From Anthoceros angustus (Eukaryota; Plantae; Anthocerotophyta): 64,000 nt of DNA. The stretch lies in contig MU008155.1 of the NCBI GenBank assembly GCA_010909165.1, positions 1 to 64,000 of the forward strand. Direction: 5' to 3'. Below are positions 47,931 to 61,717 of this stretch, piece after piece (position 1 is the stretch's first letter; each line of letters starts with the position of its first letter). The notes beneath the pieces were generated by a model that worked only from the letters and a program-made list of their open reading frames with translations, was not told the origin of the DNA and made no database searches. A program made the translations under genes and the position numbers.

Positions 47931-50900
47931 AATCGAGGATCGGAAGGGCACGAGCGGGTGCGTGTGTAGGCATGAGCGCACGAGAGACAGGAGATGAAAG
48001 AAAAACGGTTATTATTGTTTACGGGAAATTCAACATATATACAAAGCATTTGTAGGTGGTTATAAGCATTCATAAAACCACTAATATCTAGTCAACTAAC
48101 TTTAGGTGACACATCTATTTCATTACTCCTCTTGGTTGCAATGAGCAATGTAAAAAATGTGAAGAATATATAAAACCCCTAGAACGGGTTCATGTACAGA
48201 CAAGAACTCCAACAAAACACTTGAGTGGGATACGGGCTAAGTTGTTGCGCCTGCATCCCGTGTCCTCAACGCTCAAGCTCTCCTTGCACTCATCGACTCC
48301 GGCTCACGTCTGTCCTCCACAATTCCACATTCTGTTTGCTCTCTCCGCTATAAGGCAATGGCGCTCCAGTGTTCAGTCTTCGAACTCTGCAACCTCATTC
48401 TTTGCTCTCCTCGGCTTGGTTGAATCGGCATCATAGCATTACAGGTGGCTGCAAACACTGCGCTCGATGGAAAAGAAATGTGAAGTTGTCCCGAGTGGCC
48501 TGGAATGCATTCACTGCGGCAGAGAATGGGCTCCTGCCCCCAAATATACTCCTAGGCAGTGGATGCTCCATCGAACAATATGTGATCATCCAGCCACAAG
48601 TATGGAAGCACCCAAGACAGCTGAACAGCAAGCTCAGAAGGATTACAACAAGGTTGACCTCAAAAGGTGGACTCCAGTGGGTGAGAAGGTTCAACCATAT
48701 GACACACCTCACCAGGTATCTTTCGAGGGCAGAATGTCCAAGAGTGAATACCAAGCTGCAATGTTAAGAGCTATGCCCAAGGAGGAAGATGAGCTGGACT
48801 ACTATTACACATATCGCTTGACATGCAAGGCAGGTGACGAAGAAAAAATGAGCAAAGAGGATCAGGTTATTCTCATGCGGGCTACCAAAGTACTTGGGAA
48901 AAGTGCTGGAGCTCCCTCTGCTGCCGTGAAAGGCAAAAGGAGAAGATACGACGACCCTGACGAAGAAGGACAAGTGCTTACATGTGCGTGACTTCTTCAT
49001 CCACACATCCTCTGGTGATCACGACTTGGTCCATGCTATGAACTGACATGCCTGACCTTGTTGTCTACAAACTTGCGACACTCACAGGGCCGGTGAAGAA
49101 GGCATGAGTTCTTGCAAACTGAAGAAAATTAAGGACCAAGGGTACCACATCAATTTATCAGCATGCTGTCCAGAAAATGGCAGACTAGTGGGCAGTTCCT
49201 AGCTTTTGAGTGGGAGAGATTTGGCTAAGTCCCGCTGCAGTTACATGCTTAGAGTGCAGCAGTTTAGGCAAGGACTTAGTCAAAACATCAGCTACATTGT
49301 CTCCAGTGGGCACATACCTTACATCCACCTCACCTGTATCATAGGCTTGCCTGATAAAATGGTGAGTGATTTCAATGTGCTTAGAACGGGCATGAAAAAC
49401 TGGATTTTTCGTAAGGGCAATGGCCGACTGATTATCACACCATAATCTTGTAGCTCCTGTTGGAAGTTGCTGAAGGCCTCGAAGAAAAGAGCGGATCCAT
49501 ATGACTTCACGAGCAGCCTGGGATAGAGCTCCGTACTCTGCTTCAGTAGAGGATAAGCAGATGGTCGTTAGCTTCTTACTCGACCACGATACCACTGCTC
49601 CTCCCAAGATATTGCAATAGGCTATGCGTCGTGAATCGGGGTCACACCTTGTCCAATCACAATAGCTAACAAGCTCCAAACCGAGGTTGTTTAGTATACT
49701 TCAAACCAAGGCCAGGGCGTGCCCTTAAGATACCGGAATATCCTCTTCACGGTGACCAATGCACCTCACGATTTTCTAGGCTATGACGTTACTAAGCGCC
49801 TTGAAATATCAAGCCTAGTCCAGGCTGCTAAATACAAAAGACTACCTACTGCCTGCCTGTAGGGACGAGTAGCCATCAAATCCTTCTCTTCCTGAGTAGT
49901 GGGACAGTCCTCCTTTGATAACTTCTCACTGGTGGACATAGGAGTTGAAACTGGTCGAGCCTCTCCCATATTGAAACGCTGAAGTAGCTGCGTCACAAAA
50001 TGCTCCTGATGAAGCTCGACAGTGTGTCTGTCCTCGGAGAACTGGAACTGGACACCCAAGGAAAAACTGAGCTGCCCTAAATCAGTCATATCAAAATGTG
50101 AAAGAAGGGCACTCTTAATCCTAGCCATCAAACCAAGAGAAGTGCTAAAGAGAAAATTGTCGTCCACATAAACTGACAGGATAAGAAAGTCATCTCCATC
50201 CCAGAGTATGTATACAGTATTGTCAGCATCCAAACAGGTAAATCCAAGCTCAATCAACAACGCATGAAACGTCTCATTCCAAGCTCGGCTTGATTGTTTG
50301 AGACCATATAACGCTTTAAGTAACAAGCATACTTTCTCCTCGTCTATCACAAAACCCTCGCCGCATATAGATCTCTTCTTCTAAGGTGCCATTAAGGAAA
50401 GCGGTTTTCACATCAAGTTGATGAACATGCAAACCATAATGAGCAGCTAGAGATATGATATCCTTCTGATGTGGATTTAACCACTTTGGAGCAAAGCGTC
50501 TCATTATAGTCCATTCGACTACGTGTAACCCTTTGCCACAAGCCTAGATTTGTGTGACCCACCCATCGGTGTTGAGCTTTTCTTGAAGACCCACTTGCGT
50601 GAACCGGCTTCCGCTGAGAGCAGATCAACTTCTTCCAAGTACCATTAGTGATGAGGGAGTCATATTGATTGAATAGACTCCTTCCAATCTGCTTCGGACC
50701 GATGTGGCTTCTAGGTAGGTCAAGGTTCATGAGTGTTGAAGTTGGGTTTAGGGGTGTGAAAGCTACTGCGGCAAAAGGAGGTTCTTTCCATTCACGCCTA
50801 GGAGGACGGTGGCGAGAAGATCTGAAGGACCGGAGAAGAGGGCTCATCCACAACAAGGGAGGAGGTTCTTGCTCGATGTGAGGGAGTATCAACCAAGGTA

Positions 50901-51270
50901 TCAACAGGAGGGTCTACGACAGGAGGGTCTACTACTGCAGGTTCAACAACAGTCACAGGATCAGCAAGAACACGAGGTGGAGGTAACTCATCTGAACTGT
51001 GGGAATAGTCTGTGTGACTGCTGCTGGAAGTAGTAGGACCTACAGGTATATCATCAAAATCAAAAATGGCAACGTCAGCATCCTGGTCAGTGGCAAAATC
51101 GAGGGCATCATCTACTCCTTGGATGGTGGCAGGGGGCAGAATAGAAGAGGGGGCTAGCAAACTATCATGGCGTCGTAACAAGGCATGTTCATGAAAGATG
51201 ACACTACGAGAATAGGAAAGTTGACGGTACATCAGTCAAAGAGTTTGTAGCCCTTAACGCGTCTTCAGCA
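47931..51270 (-). mobile_element. Second Copia element, 3' half: integrase C-terminus, RT, RNase H, long 3' region, PPT and 3' LTR (about 47931-48125)
   Basis: SRSVIFHE, HQLDVKTAFLNG, LLKALYGLKQS, LSVYVDD, SSTEAEY, RSKHI and ADVLTK. AAGAGGAG PPT then TAATGAAATAG LTR start at 48125. Confidence 0.9.
48358..48991 (+). CDS. Antisense ORF inside the Copia element, C2HC zinc-finger-like protein with a basic NLS-like tail
   Basis: Intact 174-aa ORF at 48467-48991 with C-x2-C-x17-H-x3-C and KGKRRR. Probable N-terminal extension to ATG 48358 through two 1-nt indels. TATATAAAA near 48167. Confidence 0.6.
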
Positions 51271-52439
51271 TAAGGGAATCTAAAGTTTGGGCAACCAAAT
51301 TCAAAAGAGCTCAAGACAAACAAGTTTGATTTTTTTTGGCTAGAACGATTGAAGAGGAGCATGCCAAGAAATTTTCTCGAGAATCTTGAAGCCGGAGTTG
51401 TAGGATATTGTTAGGAAGGCAAAAGGATATCCCAGAGGAAAGGGGGAAGGAGCCGCCAGCAAAGGCTCCTCGCGAGAAGGAAGGAAAAGAACGGGTAAAA
51501 CGACCCATTTGCGGTGAGGGCAACCGAAAGGTTGGTAGGTCGGCATCTACCACCGTAGGTCGCCACACCACGCCCCCGAGAAGGGAGCATCATCTGTAAG
51601 TCGCGCATCACCGTAGGTCGACAAATCTCGGCTAAAAGGAAATTTAGAATAGAGGGGGATATCCACTATATATGCTCACCAATAGGGAATAAATATATAG
51701 AGTAATTAGAAGCGTTAATTAGGATAGCGAGATAGGAAAATAGGTAGTTTAGATAGAATTAGGATTTTGGAATGATGAACCCAATCTAGGGTTGTGCCGC
51801 CAGTACATCCAAGGAGGCAAAGTGCGCTGGGCGCCTCCACTTCGAAGAACAGTCGGAGCCGGAGCGTAAGACGCAAAAGGAAGGAAGGCGCCATCGCCAG
51901 AACGCCGCCATCGCCACGAGCAAGCCGAGGAGGCGCGCGCGCCATCGAGAGGAAAAACCCAACCGCGAGGCGGAGACCGTGGAAGGAAGCGCGAGTGCAC
52001 GAGCAAGGCGGGGGAGGAGGCTGGCGCTCGAGGAGGAAGGCAAGGAAGGAAGGAAGGAAGGCGCCATCGCCACGAGCAAGGAGCCGCCATCGCGAGAAGG
52101 AAGAGGAAGTGTGAGCGAGCGCCAAGGAAGCAACAAGTGGTAAGAATTGAAGGAAGAGCGAGCACCTGGCGCGCCTACCTCGAAGGACACGGAGGAGGGT
52201 GCAGCCAAAAACGTCTAACGTGTGCTGCGGTGAAGTGTGTACCAAGGAGAAGTGTTTGAAGAGAAGCTTGAAGCTCATTGGAAGTAATTCCTTCCTTTAA
52301 AACACTTGAAAGGAAGCACCATGCCTCGAGGAAGGCAAGGGAAGGAGCCGCAAAGGCTCCTCGCGAGGAGGAAGGCAAGGGAAGGAGCCGCAAAGGCTCC
52401 TCGCGAGAAGGAAGAAGGAGAGCTACGCCGGGAGGGGTG

Positions 52440-55400
52440 AGGTGATGCCCCAATTCACTTGCTTTGCGGGCAGCTCAACCCCGAGATTTGGTTGATTTTC
52501 GCAAGGGGGGAGGAGAACATCCACTAGGATGGGTGTATGGCCGCCAATGGGCCTACACCAATTTGGAATTGATTGAGGAGTGTTACATCAACCTCCATCA
52601 ATCGGCGCTGCCACCTAGGAATGCTAGAACGGATCCTCGCTGGACCGTAAGAAGCATTCGACAGTGTATGGAAGACCGGAGGAGGAGAGCTCGAATTGCT
52701 CTCTCGAAAGGTCGAATGGAGGAAGAGGACAGCCCTCCGACATCCCGCAGAGTTCCTTGACATGATGGATGGAGGAGTGAAAGCCCACGCCAAGAATGGC
52801 CGGAAGACCGAGAGCATCAAGGAGTCAAGTGGAGGCTCTTCGCAAAGATTGTGCTGGGGTTGGTAAATTACCAACGCACTTTATTTCAAAGACCAACTTC
52901 CTCCAATTTTGTGGAAGATTTCCATGGGAGCCAAGTTTGGGGGACTATCATGTATGAGGCCTACATCCACCATCGAGAAGCTCCTCAAGCCAAATTGGGT
53001 GGATGAGGAAGGCCAAGGCCTGCTACCTTAGCACCTATTTGGTGCATTTATGGGAAACCGAGGGACTTCTCACAAGGAGCTTGAAGATGCATGGCATCCC
53101 TTTGAGGTCATCCACCTCCACCGAGGTTGGAAAGGCCTTTGCCTTTGCATTGCGGAAGACGGTGGGAGGTCGACCTCCACAAGCATGCTAGAAGCAAGAG
53201 GAGAAGGGAGGCAACAAGGTTGCGGAGTGGGAATCTTTTCCCCACAGGAGCAAGCAAGGGAGAGGAGCAAGAAGGCCGAGGAAGGCCGAATGGTGGTCTA
53301 TGAGAGAAGGACACAGGAGGGGTGATGAGAGTGGGGAGTCCCCACCATCTCCTTTGTGCCTCACGAGAGAGGCACCCGGCTGCATCACCCCAAGGGGACG
53401 CCCACTGCAGAGGGGCACCCCACGCCAAGAAATTTCACGGGCGGTGGGAAGGGAAGGAGAAGCAAGCAAGGAGAAGGGAAGGCGCCGAGGCCACCATCTC
53501 CGCTACCGGGTGGGAGAGCGGATGGAGCGGCAGTGAAGGGACCACGCTGATGGCCCAAAGGCAGAGAGCTGGAAATTTCCAGAAGAAGAGAGGGGTGGAA
53601 TTAGGACCCCTAGGAGAATTGCCGAGCTTGTGAAGCACTCACCGTGGATTTGAAGGGGCTAGGGACCTAGCAGCCTCCTTGTGGGCATGCCAAGAGGAAG
53701 TGAAATCTCAAGACATGGCCTAAGAAAGGCAGGACTAAATGGCAATTGGAGGCCATGGAGTCCGATGAAAAGGCAGCCAAATTGGAAAAGGTCAGGAGAA
53801 GCTCCAGCGACCTCATAGAACAGACGGAGAAGGTCGAGGGAAGTTGTCACAAGTCAAGAAAGAGCCATTCGGCAACAACCCAAAAGGATTCTTGGAGGCA
53901 AAAGGCGGAAGAGCATTTTGCCCAAGAGCAAGAGGAAAAGCAAGGCGAGGCACTAGGAAAGGAGAAGCAACTCGAAGTGGCCGCATGAGCAGTGATGGCT
54001 ACTCAAGCCATCAAAATCCGGATATGGGAGAGGAGTTGAGAAGGACCCGACAATTTGGAAGAGGAGCTGATAGAAGCACAAGACCGTGGAGTCGGAGCGA
54101 AAGGAGTGCTTGGCAAGCGGAGAAAGAGGGGCTTGCCAACAATTAGCGGAACAAAGGAGGTCTCAGAGGAGGAGCCACAAGAAGGTGCATGCACGTGGTA
54201 GTGAGGAAGCGGCGATTTTGGCATTATGCCCTTCGTGCAAAATTGGCCAGCCACCAAAAGGAAGTGAGGGAGGAGAATGTAACCTCCATGTGAAGGTGGG
54301 AGAATTAACCACAAAGAGATGCCTACAAGGGTAGGTGAGGATGGAGAGTGAAGGCCCACGCCAAGAATGGCCGGAAGACCGAGAGCATCAAGGAGTCAAG
54401 TGGAGGCTCTTCGCAAAGATTGTGCTGGGGTTGGTAAATTACCAACGCACTTTATTTCAAAGACCAACTTCCTCCAATTTTGTGGAAGATTTCCATGGGA
54501 GCCAAGCCGGATTGGGGACTATCATGTATGAGGCCTACATCCACCATCGAGAAGCTCCTCAAGCCAAATTGTGGATGAGGAAGGCCAAGGCCTGCTACCT
54601 TAGCACCTATTTGGTGCATTTATGGGAAACCGAGGGACTTCTCACAAGCAAGGAGCTTGAAGATGCATGGCATCCCTTTGAGGTCATCCACTCCACCGAG
54701 GTTGAAAAGGCCTTTGCCTTTGCATTAAAGAGGGGAGGTCGACTCCACAAGCATGCTAGAAGCAAGAGGAGAAGATGCGAGGCAACAAGGTTGCGGAGTG
54801 GGAATCCTTTTCCCCACAGAGCAAGCAAGGGAGAGGAGCAAGAAGCGGCCGAGGAAGGCCGAATGGTGGTCTATGAGAGAAGGACCACAGGAGGGGTGAG
54901 CGAGAGTGGGGAGTCCCCACCATCTCCTTTGTGCCTCACGAGAGAGGCACCCGGCTGCACCCCAGGGGAACAAACATGGTAGGGGCGTGCACCCCACGCT
55001 GGTACAAAGAAATTACCACGTGGAAGGGAAGGAGAAGCAGCGAGAAAGCCGAGGAAGGCGCCGAGGCCACCATCTCCGCTACTGGGGAGAGCGGATGGAG
55101 CGACTGAGGGACCCCCGCGGGATGGCCCGGGTGGGAGAGCTGGAAATTTCCAAGAAGAAGAGAGGGGTGGAATTAGGACCCCTAGGAGAATTGGGTGAGC
55201 TTGTGAAGCACTCACCGTGGATTTGAAGGGGCTAGGGACCTAGCAGCCTCCTTGTGGGCATGCCAAGAGGAAGTGAAATCTCAAGACATGGCCGGAAGAA
55301 AGGCAGGACCAAATGGCAATTGGAGGCCATGGAGTCCGATGAAAAGGCAGCCAAATTGGAAAAGGTCAGGAGAAGCTCCAGCGACCTCATAGAACAAGCG

Positions 55401-56400
55401 GAGAAGGTCGAGGGAAGTTGTCACAAGTCAAGAAAGAGCCATTCGGCAACAACCCAAAAGGATTCTTGGAGGCAAAAGGCGGAAGAGCATTTTGCCCAAG
55501 AGCAAGAGAGGAAAAGCAAACGAGGCACTAGGAAAGGAGAAGCAACTCGAAGTGGCCGCATGAGCAGTGATGGCTACTCAAGCCATCAAAATCCGGATAT
55601 GGGAGAGGAGTTGAGAAGGACCCGACAATTTGGAAGAGGAGCTGATAGAAGCACAAGACCGTGGAGTCGGAGCGAAAGGAGTGCTTGGCAAGCGAGAAAG
55701 AGGGGCTTGCCAACAATTAGCGGAACAAAGGAGGTCTCAGAGGAGGAGCCACAAGAAGGTGCATGCACGTGGTAGTGAGGAAGCGCGATTTTGGCATTAT
55801 GCCCTTCGTGCAAAATTGGCCAGCCACCAAAAGGAAGTGAGGGAGGAGAATGTAACCTCCATGTGAAGGTGGGAGAATTAACCTCAAGAGATGCCTACAA
55901 GGTAGGTGAGGATGGAGAGTGGCCCACGGAGATTGATGATCTCCAAATGCGATCACAACTTGGGGCTCACCTCCACAACAGATCTTGAAGGCCAACAACG
56001 AAGTCTTACTTGGCCAAAGGAGGACATTGGGTCCTCATGATGACAGAAGGAGCGCAAGCAGAGGCCTCCGATTTTGATGAGGCCATCACGAAATGGACTC
56101 CGAGGAACTGAGGAGTCGAGGTGAAGGAGCCACCGCGACACCGGGATCGGGAGACGGCGCGAGAGCAAGGAGAGGGAAAGCCCCGCCTGGGGTCACCCCA
56201 CTCAGAGGTGACCACCCTACCACGTAGTCCGCTGACACTGGGGACACCAACCACGCCTAGTCCGCCGACCACCGGAGGGCAGCGCGGCACCAGCTTGGGG
56301 GAGTTGGGACGCGAGGCCCAATCAAGATGGAAAGGCCGGGCAGAGATACCACCTAAGGGAGCACTGGGTGGTGGGAGAGACAACCCCACCGGAGGAAACT
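52440..56400 (+). pseudogene. Gypsy-borne extra ORF (plant transposon protein/Transposase_32-like N-terminal domain plus coiled coil), duplicated and frameshifted
   Basis: YTNLELIEECYINL and V-WGTIMYEAYIH resemble the Y..LV.EFYAN and WG.I motifs. TATATAT upstream near 51666. 52777-54347 is repeated at 54348-55920. Confidence 0.45.
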
Positions 56401-57599
56401 AAGGACGGGTCCACGCCGAGGAAGAAGGGTGAGGAATCCCTTATCCCACGAGTAAGGGAGGAACCGGACCCGAGGAGGAGTCCAACGCAAAAGGGCCCGA
56501 GAGATTAGGCAAAATCCATGGTGGGCGATGGGGATGAAGGGTGCTCATGATAGGTATGGACAACGACAAAGGCAAAGAGCAATGAAGTGGACGCATGAGC
56601 AGTGATGGCTACTCAAGCTATCAAAATCCGGATATGGGAGAGGAGTTGAGAAGGACCCTAATTTGGAAGAGGAGCGCCGGAGCGAAGCACAAGACCGTGG
56701 AGTCGGAGCGCGAAAGGATGCTTGGCAAGTGGAGAGGGGCTTGCCAACAATTAGCGGACTGGAACAAAGGAGGTCCAGAGGAGGAGCGCCACAAGAAGGT
56801 GGTGCATGAATGCCGGTAGTGAGGAAGCGATTTTGGCATTATGCCCTTCGTGCAAAATTGGCCAGCCAAAGGAAGTGAGGGAGGAGAATGTAACCTCCAT
56901 GTCAAGGTGGGGGAATTGACCACCTCAAGAGATGCCTACAAGGTAGGAGATGGAGAGTGGCCCACGGAGATTGATGATCTCCAAATGCGATCACAACTTG
57001 GGGCTCACCTCCACAATAGAATTTTGAAGGCCAACAATGTCTTACGGTTGGCCAAGAGGAGGACATTGGGTCCTCATGATGATGAAGGAGCCGCAATAAG
57101 TGCAGCCAGAGGCCTCCGATTTTGATGAGGCCATCAAAATGGACTCCGAGGAACTGAGGAGTCGAGGTGAAGGAGCCACCGCGACACCGGGATCGGGAGG
57201 TGGCGGAGAGCAAGGAGGGGAAAGCCCACCTCGGGGTCACCTACCGAGGTGACCACCCTACCACGTAGTCCGCCAGACTACCGTGGGGACAGACACACGC
57301 CCGGTAGTCCGCCGACTACCGGAGTAGGGGTGCCGCGCACAGCTTGTTGGGGAGTTGGGGCCGAGATGGAAAGGCCGGGGTGTATACCCCTAAGGGAGCG
57401 GGGGTGGTGGGAGACAACCCCACCGGAGGAAACTCGGGTCCACCGTCGGAGGAGGAGGAAGGGTGAGGAATCCCTTATCCCACGAGTAAGGGAGGAACCG
57501 GACCCGAGGAGGAGTCCAACGCAAAAGGGCCCGGAGATTAGGGAAAATCCATGGTGGGCGATGGGGATGAAGGTGCTCTATGATAGGTATGGACAAATC

Positions 57600-60500
57600 G
57601 ACGAAGGCAAAGAGCAATGAAGATCCCGAGAAACCCTCACCGAGGAGAAAGAAGGAAGAAGAGATAGGGGCCGACTACCACGGTAGTCCGCTGATCACCG
57701 CGGGGATACCAGACGCCTAGTCCGCCAGACTACCACGGTAGGTGCCGCGGCACGGGCAGTGGGGAGTTGGGACGCGAGGCCCAATCAAGATGGAAAGGCC
57801 GGGGTCCGAGTATACCCCTGAGGAGCATGGTGGTGGGAGAGACAACCCCACCGGAGGAAACTAAGGACGGGTCCACCGGAGGAAGAAGGGGTGAGGAATC
57901 CCTTATCCCACGAGTAAGGAGGCAGGAGGAGTCCAACGCAAAGGGCCCGGAGATTAGGCGGAAAATCCATGGTGGGCGGATGGGGATGAAGGTGCTCTAT
58001 GATAGGTATGGACAAATCAAAAGGCAAAAGCAATGAAGATCGACCCAAGAAACCCTCACCGAGCGGAGAAAGGGAAGAAGAAGGAGCTAGGGCGGACTAC
58101 CACGATGGTAGTCTACCCCGTAGTCTGCCGGACTACGCGGTAGGGTGCGAATGAACAGATCGCGACAGGCGGAGATGGAGGAAGGCGCCTAGGTGCGTGG
58201 CGGAAGCGCGATTCGGAGGCGAGGAATCGCCGCGGAGATGGAGGAAGGGCAAGATTGCCACACATTAGGAAGCGGACAAAGGCAGGAAGGGCAAGAGCAA
58301 AAGGAGGCGAGGAGCCAATCCACCACGGACACGTCCCTACCCAATGATGAAGACTAGATATGGTCAAGGGCCATAAATGCTAGGTAGAAGAATAGGAAGG
58401 ACAGGTGATGTAATCGACATCCTTCGAGGATAGACTTAGGTGAAGTTGCTAGAATAGATTTACCAAGGACAATAGACTTAGGTGCGGACATTAAATCTGT
58501 AGGAAATAATAGAATATTGGAAAAGGTGACTGCGGTAGGGTCACCCAAGGGAGGTTGTATGTGGAAGGCCTCCTATAAGAGGAGGAGGAGGTTTCACAAA
58601 GTAAAGTATCATGTCTTGCGCTTCACGCTCACCGAGTCCTTTGCCATTCTGGAGGAAGGGTGAGGAATCCCTTATCCCACGAGTAAGGGAGGAACCACAG
58701 GAGGAGTCCAACGCAAAAGGCCCGGAGAGTTAAAAAGCATGGTGGGCGATGGGGATGAAGGGTGCTCATGATAGGTATGGACAAATCGACGAAGGCAAAG
58801 AGCAATGAAGATCCCGAGAAACCCTCACCGATGGAGAAAGAAGGAAGAAGAGATAGGGGCCGACTACCACGATGGGGTCACCCTACCACGTAGTCCGCCG
58901 ACTACCGCGTAGGGTGCGAATGAACAGATCGCGACAGGCGGAGATGGAGGAAGGCGCCTAGGTGCGCGGGAAGCGCGATTCGGAGGGCCGAGGAATCAGG
59001 GCGCCGGAGATGGAGGAAGGGCAAGATTGTACTTGCCCCACACATTAGGAAGCGACAAAGGAAGGGCAAGAGCAAAAGGAGGGCGAGGGAGCCAATCCAC
59101 CACGGACACGTCCCTACCCCAAAGGTGAAGACTAGATATGGTCAAGGGCCATAAATGCTAGGTAGAAGAATAGGAAGGACAGTGATGTAATCGACATCCT
59201 TCGAGGATAGACTTAGGTGAAGTTGCTAGAATAGATTTACCAAGAAATGCATAATAGACTTAGGTGCCGGACATTAAATCGGTGTAGGAAATAATAGAAT
59301 ATTGGAAAAGGTGACTGCAGAGGGTCACCCAAGGGAGGTTGTATGTGGAAGGCCTCCTATAAGAGGAGGAGGATTTCACAAAGTAAAGTATCATGTCTTG
59401 CGCTTCCACGCTCACCGAGTCCTTTGCCATTACAGAGGAATTTCGTGCCGTGTGAGCCAACACAGCGTCTGGTAGAGAGGAAGTCGCGGTGGTCGGAGTG
59501 CTTGGTGGAGGACTTGCTCACTGCAAGTGCCTAAACGAGTTGCTCCCCTTGTGAATGGTTGCTGTGAAATTGCTTTGCTTTGGGTGTGTGGCAAATGCCC
59601 AGAACTCGGCTTGAGGGTAGACTACAGGAAAGACTCGGAGGTTCTCGTCACTGTCAAACTCATAGCAACCGCCCAAGGAAGAACTTGCTGGTGGAGGCGG
59701 ACCCCTGGTTGTGTGCCGTAAGGGCGAGTCGAAGAAGCCCGAGGTTAGAATAGGAGGAAGAGGATGAGGAGATGAGAAGATGAGTAGAGGATTAGAGGTG
59801 TAGGTGTTAGTGGAAGGCCACAGTGCAGAGCCTAAGGGACGAATCCCAAATGCAAGTAAAAGAGCGCCCCGAGTGGAGAAGAGTGGTCTTAGAAGTAGGG
59901 ACGAAATCGCGGTGTGAACGGGGGTCCCGGCGCCCGTGGTAGGCTCTTCGAGGCGGACCGCAATTGTGTTGTGTCGTTGTAGGTCAAGTTTGGTCTTAGA
60001 AGTAGGGACGAATCGCGGTGAACTGGGGTCCCGGCGCCGTGGTAGGCTCCTCGAGGCGGACCGCAATTGTTTTGTGTCGTTGTGGGTCGAGGTTGGCGCG
60101 CGCAAGTGGTGCACTGTGAGAGGGAGAGTAGGCCTTGCTTGTTGAGAAGGTCGAGAGTTGTGCAGTAGCGATTGGTGACCACAAGGCAAAGAGCAATGAA
60201 GATCCCGACCAAGAAACCCTCAGAGGAAGAGAAAGAAGGAAGAAGAGATAGGGGCCGACTACCACGATGGTAGTCACCCTACCACGGTAGTCCGCCGACT
60301 ACCGCGGTAGGGTGCGATGAACAGATCGCGACAGGCGGAGATGGAGGAAGGCGCCTAGGTGCGCGGGCGGGGCGCGATTGCCGGAGGGCCAGGAATCTGA
60401 CGCCGCCCGGAGATGGAGGAAGGGCAGATTGTACTTGCCCCACACATTAGGAAGCGACAAAGGCCGGGAAGGGCAAGAGCAAAAGGAGGGCGAGGGAGCC

Positions 60501-61717
60501 AATCCACCAAGGACCATGTCACCACCCCAAATAGGTGAAGACTAAGAATGGTCAATGACCATAAATGAGCTAGGGGAAGAATAGGAAGGATAGGTGATGT
60601 AATCGACATCCTTCGAGGATAGACTTAGGTGAAGTTACTAGAATAGAATTTACCAAGAAATGCATAATAGATTTAGGTGCCGACATTAAATGTCATGTAG
60701 GAAATAATAGAATATTGGAAAAGGTGACTGCAGAGGGTCACCCAAGGGAGGTTGTATGTGGAAGGCCTCCTATAAGAGGAGGAGGATTTCACAAAGTAAA
60801 GTATCATGTCTTGCGCCCACGCTCACCGAGTCCTTTGCCATTACAGAGGAATTTCGTCACTGTGAGCCAACACAACCCGTAGAGAGGAAGTCGCATGGTC
60901 TGAGTGCTTGGTGGAGGACTTGCTCGCCGCAAGTGCCTAAACGAGTTGCTCCCTTGTGAATGGTTGCCGTGAAATTGCTTTGCTTTGGGTGTGTGGCAAA
61001 TGCCTGAGAACTCTCGGCTTGAGGGTAGACTACAGGAAAGACTCGGAGGTTCTCACGTCGTGTCAAACTCATAGCAACCGCCCAAGGAAGAACTTGCTGG
61101 TGGAGGCGACCCTGTGCAGCCGTAAGGGCGAGTCGAAACCAAGAAGCCCGAATCGAGGTTAGAATAGGAGGAAGAGGATGAGGAGATGAGAAGATGAGTA
61201 GAGGATTAGAGGTGTAGGTGTTAGTGGAAGGCCACAGAGCCTAAGGGACGAATCCCAACTGCAAGTAAAAGAGCGCCCCGAGTGGAGAAGAGTGGTCTTA
61301 GAAGTAGGGACGAAATCGCGTGTGAACTGGGGTCCCGGCGCCCGTGGTAGGCGCCGAGGTGACCCGCAATTGTGTTGTGTCGTTGTAGGTCAAGTTTGGT
61401 CTTAGAAGTAGGGACGAAATCGCGGTGAACTGGGGGTCCCGGCGCCGTGGTAGGCTCTTCGAGGCGGACCCGCAATTGTTTTGTGTCGCCAGGGTCGAGG
61501 GTTGGCGATTTTTCAAGCAAAGGCAAGTGGTGCACCGAGAGGGAGAGTAGGGCGCCTTGCTTGTTGAGAAGGTCGAGAGTTGTGCAGTAGCGACGGGCAT
61601 CACAAGGCCTCGAACTTTCACACAAGTCTCATGGGACGAAACCCAACGACGGGCGACAAGTGATAAGTGTGGCCGCTATAGTGGGAGGACCGGGAGTGCC
61701 CCGATTCTCCTACCACA
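57600..61717 (+). mobile_element. Gypsy LTR region with 2-3 overlapping partial copies; ends TACCACA, followed by a PBS
   Basis: CCTATAAGAGG occurs three times (about 58573, 59356, 60769). LTR end at 61717 and PBS TGGCGCTGTCGGGA at 61722. The left boundary is uncertain. Confidence 0.65.

Noticed and set aside
48450-48540. Fungal Zn2Cys6 (Gal4-type) cluster
   Set aside because: Needs a frameshift correction and the sixth Cys is missing. A C2HC finger fits the intact frame better.
44917-51270. Two Copia halves as one element with an internal inversion
   Set aside because: The two LTRs share only terminal motifs and differ in length and interior, so a nested insertion of a related element is more likely.
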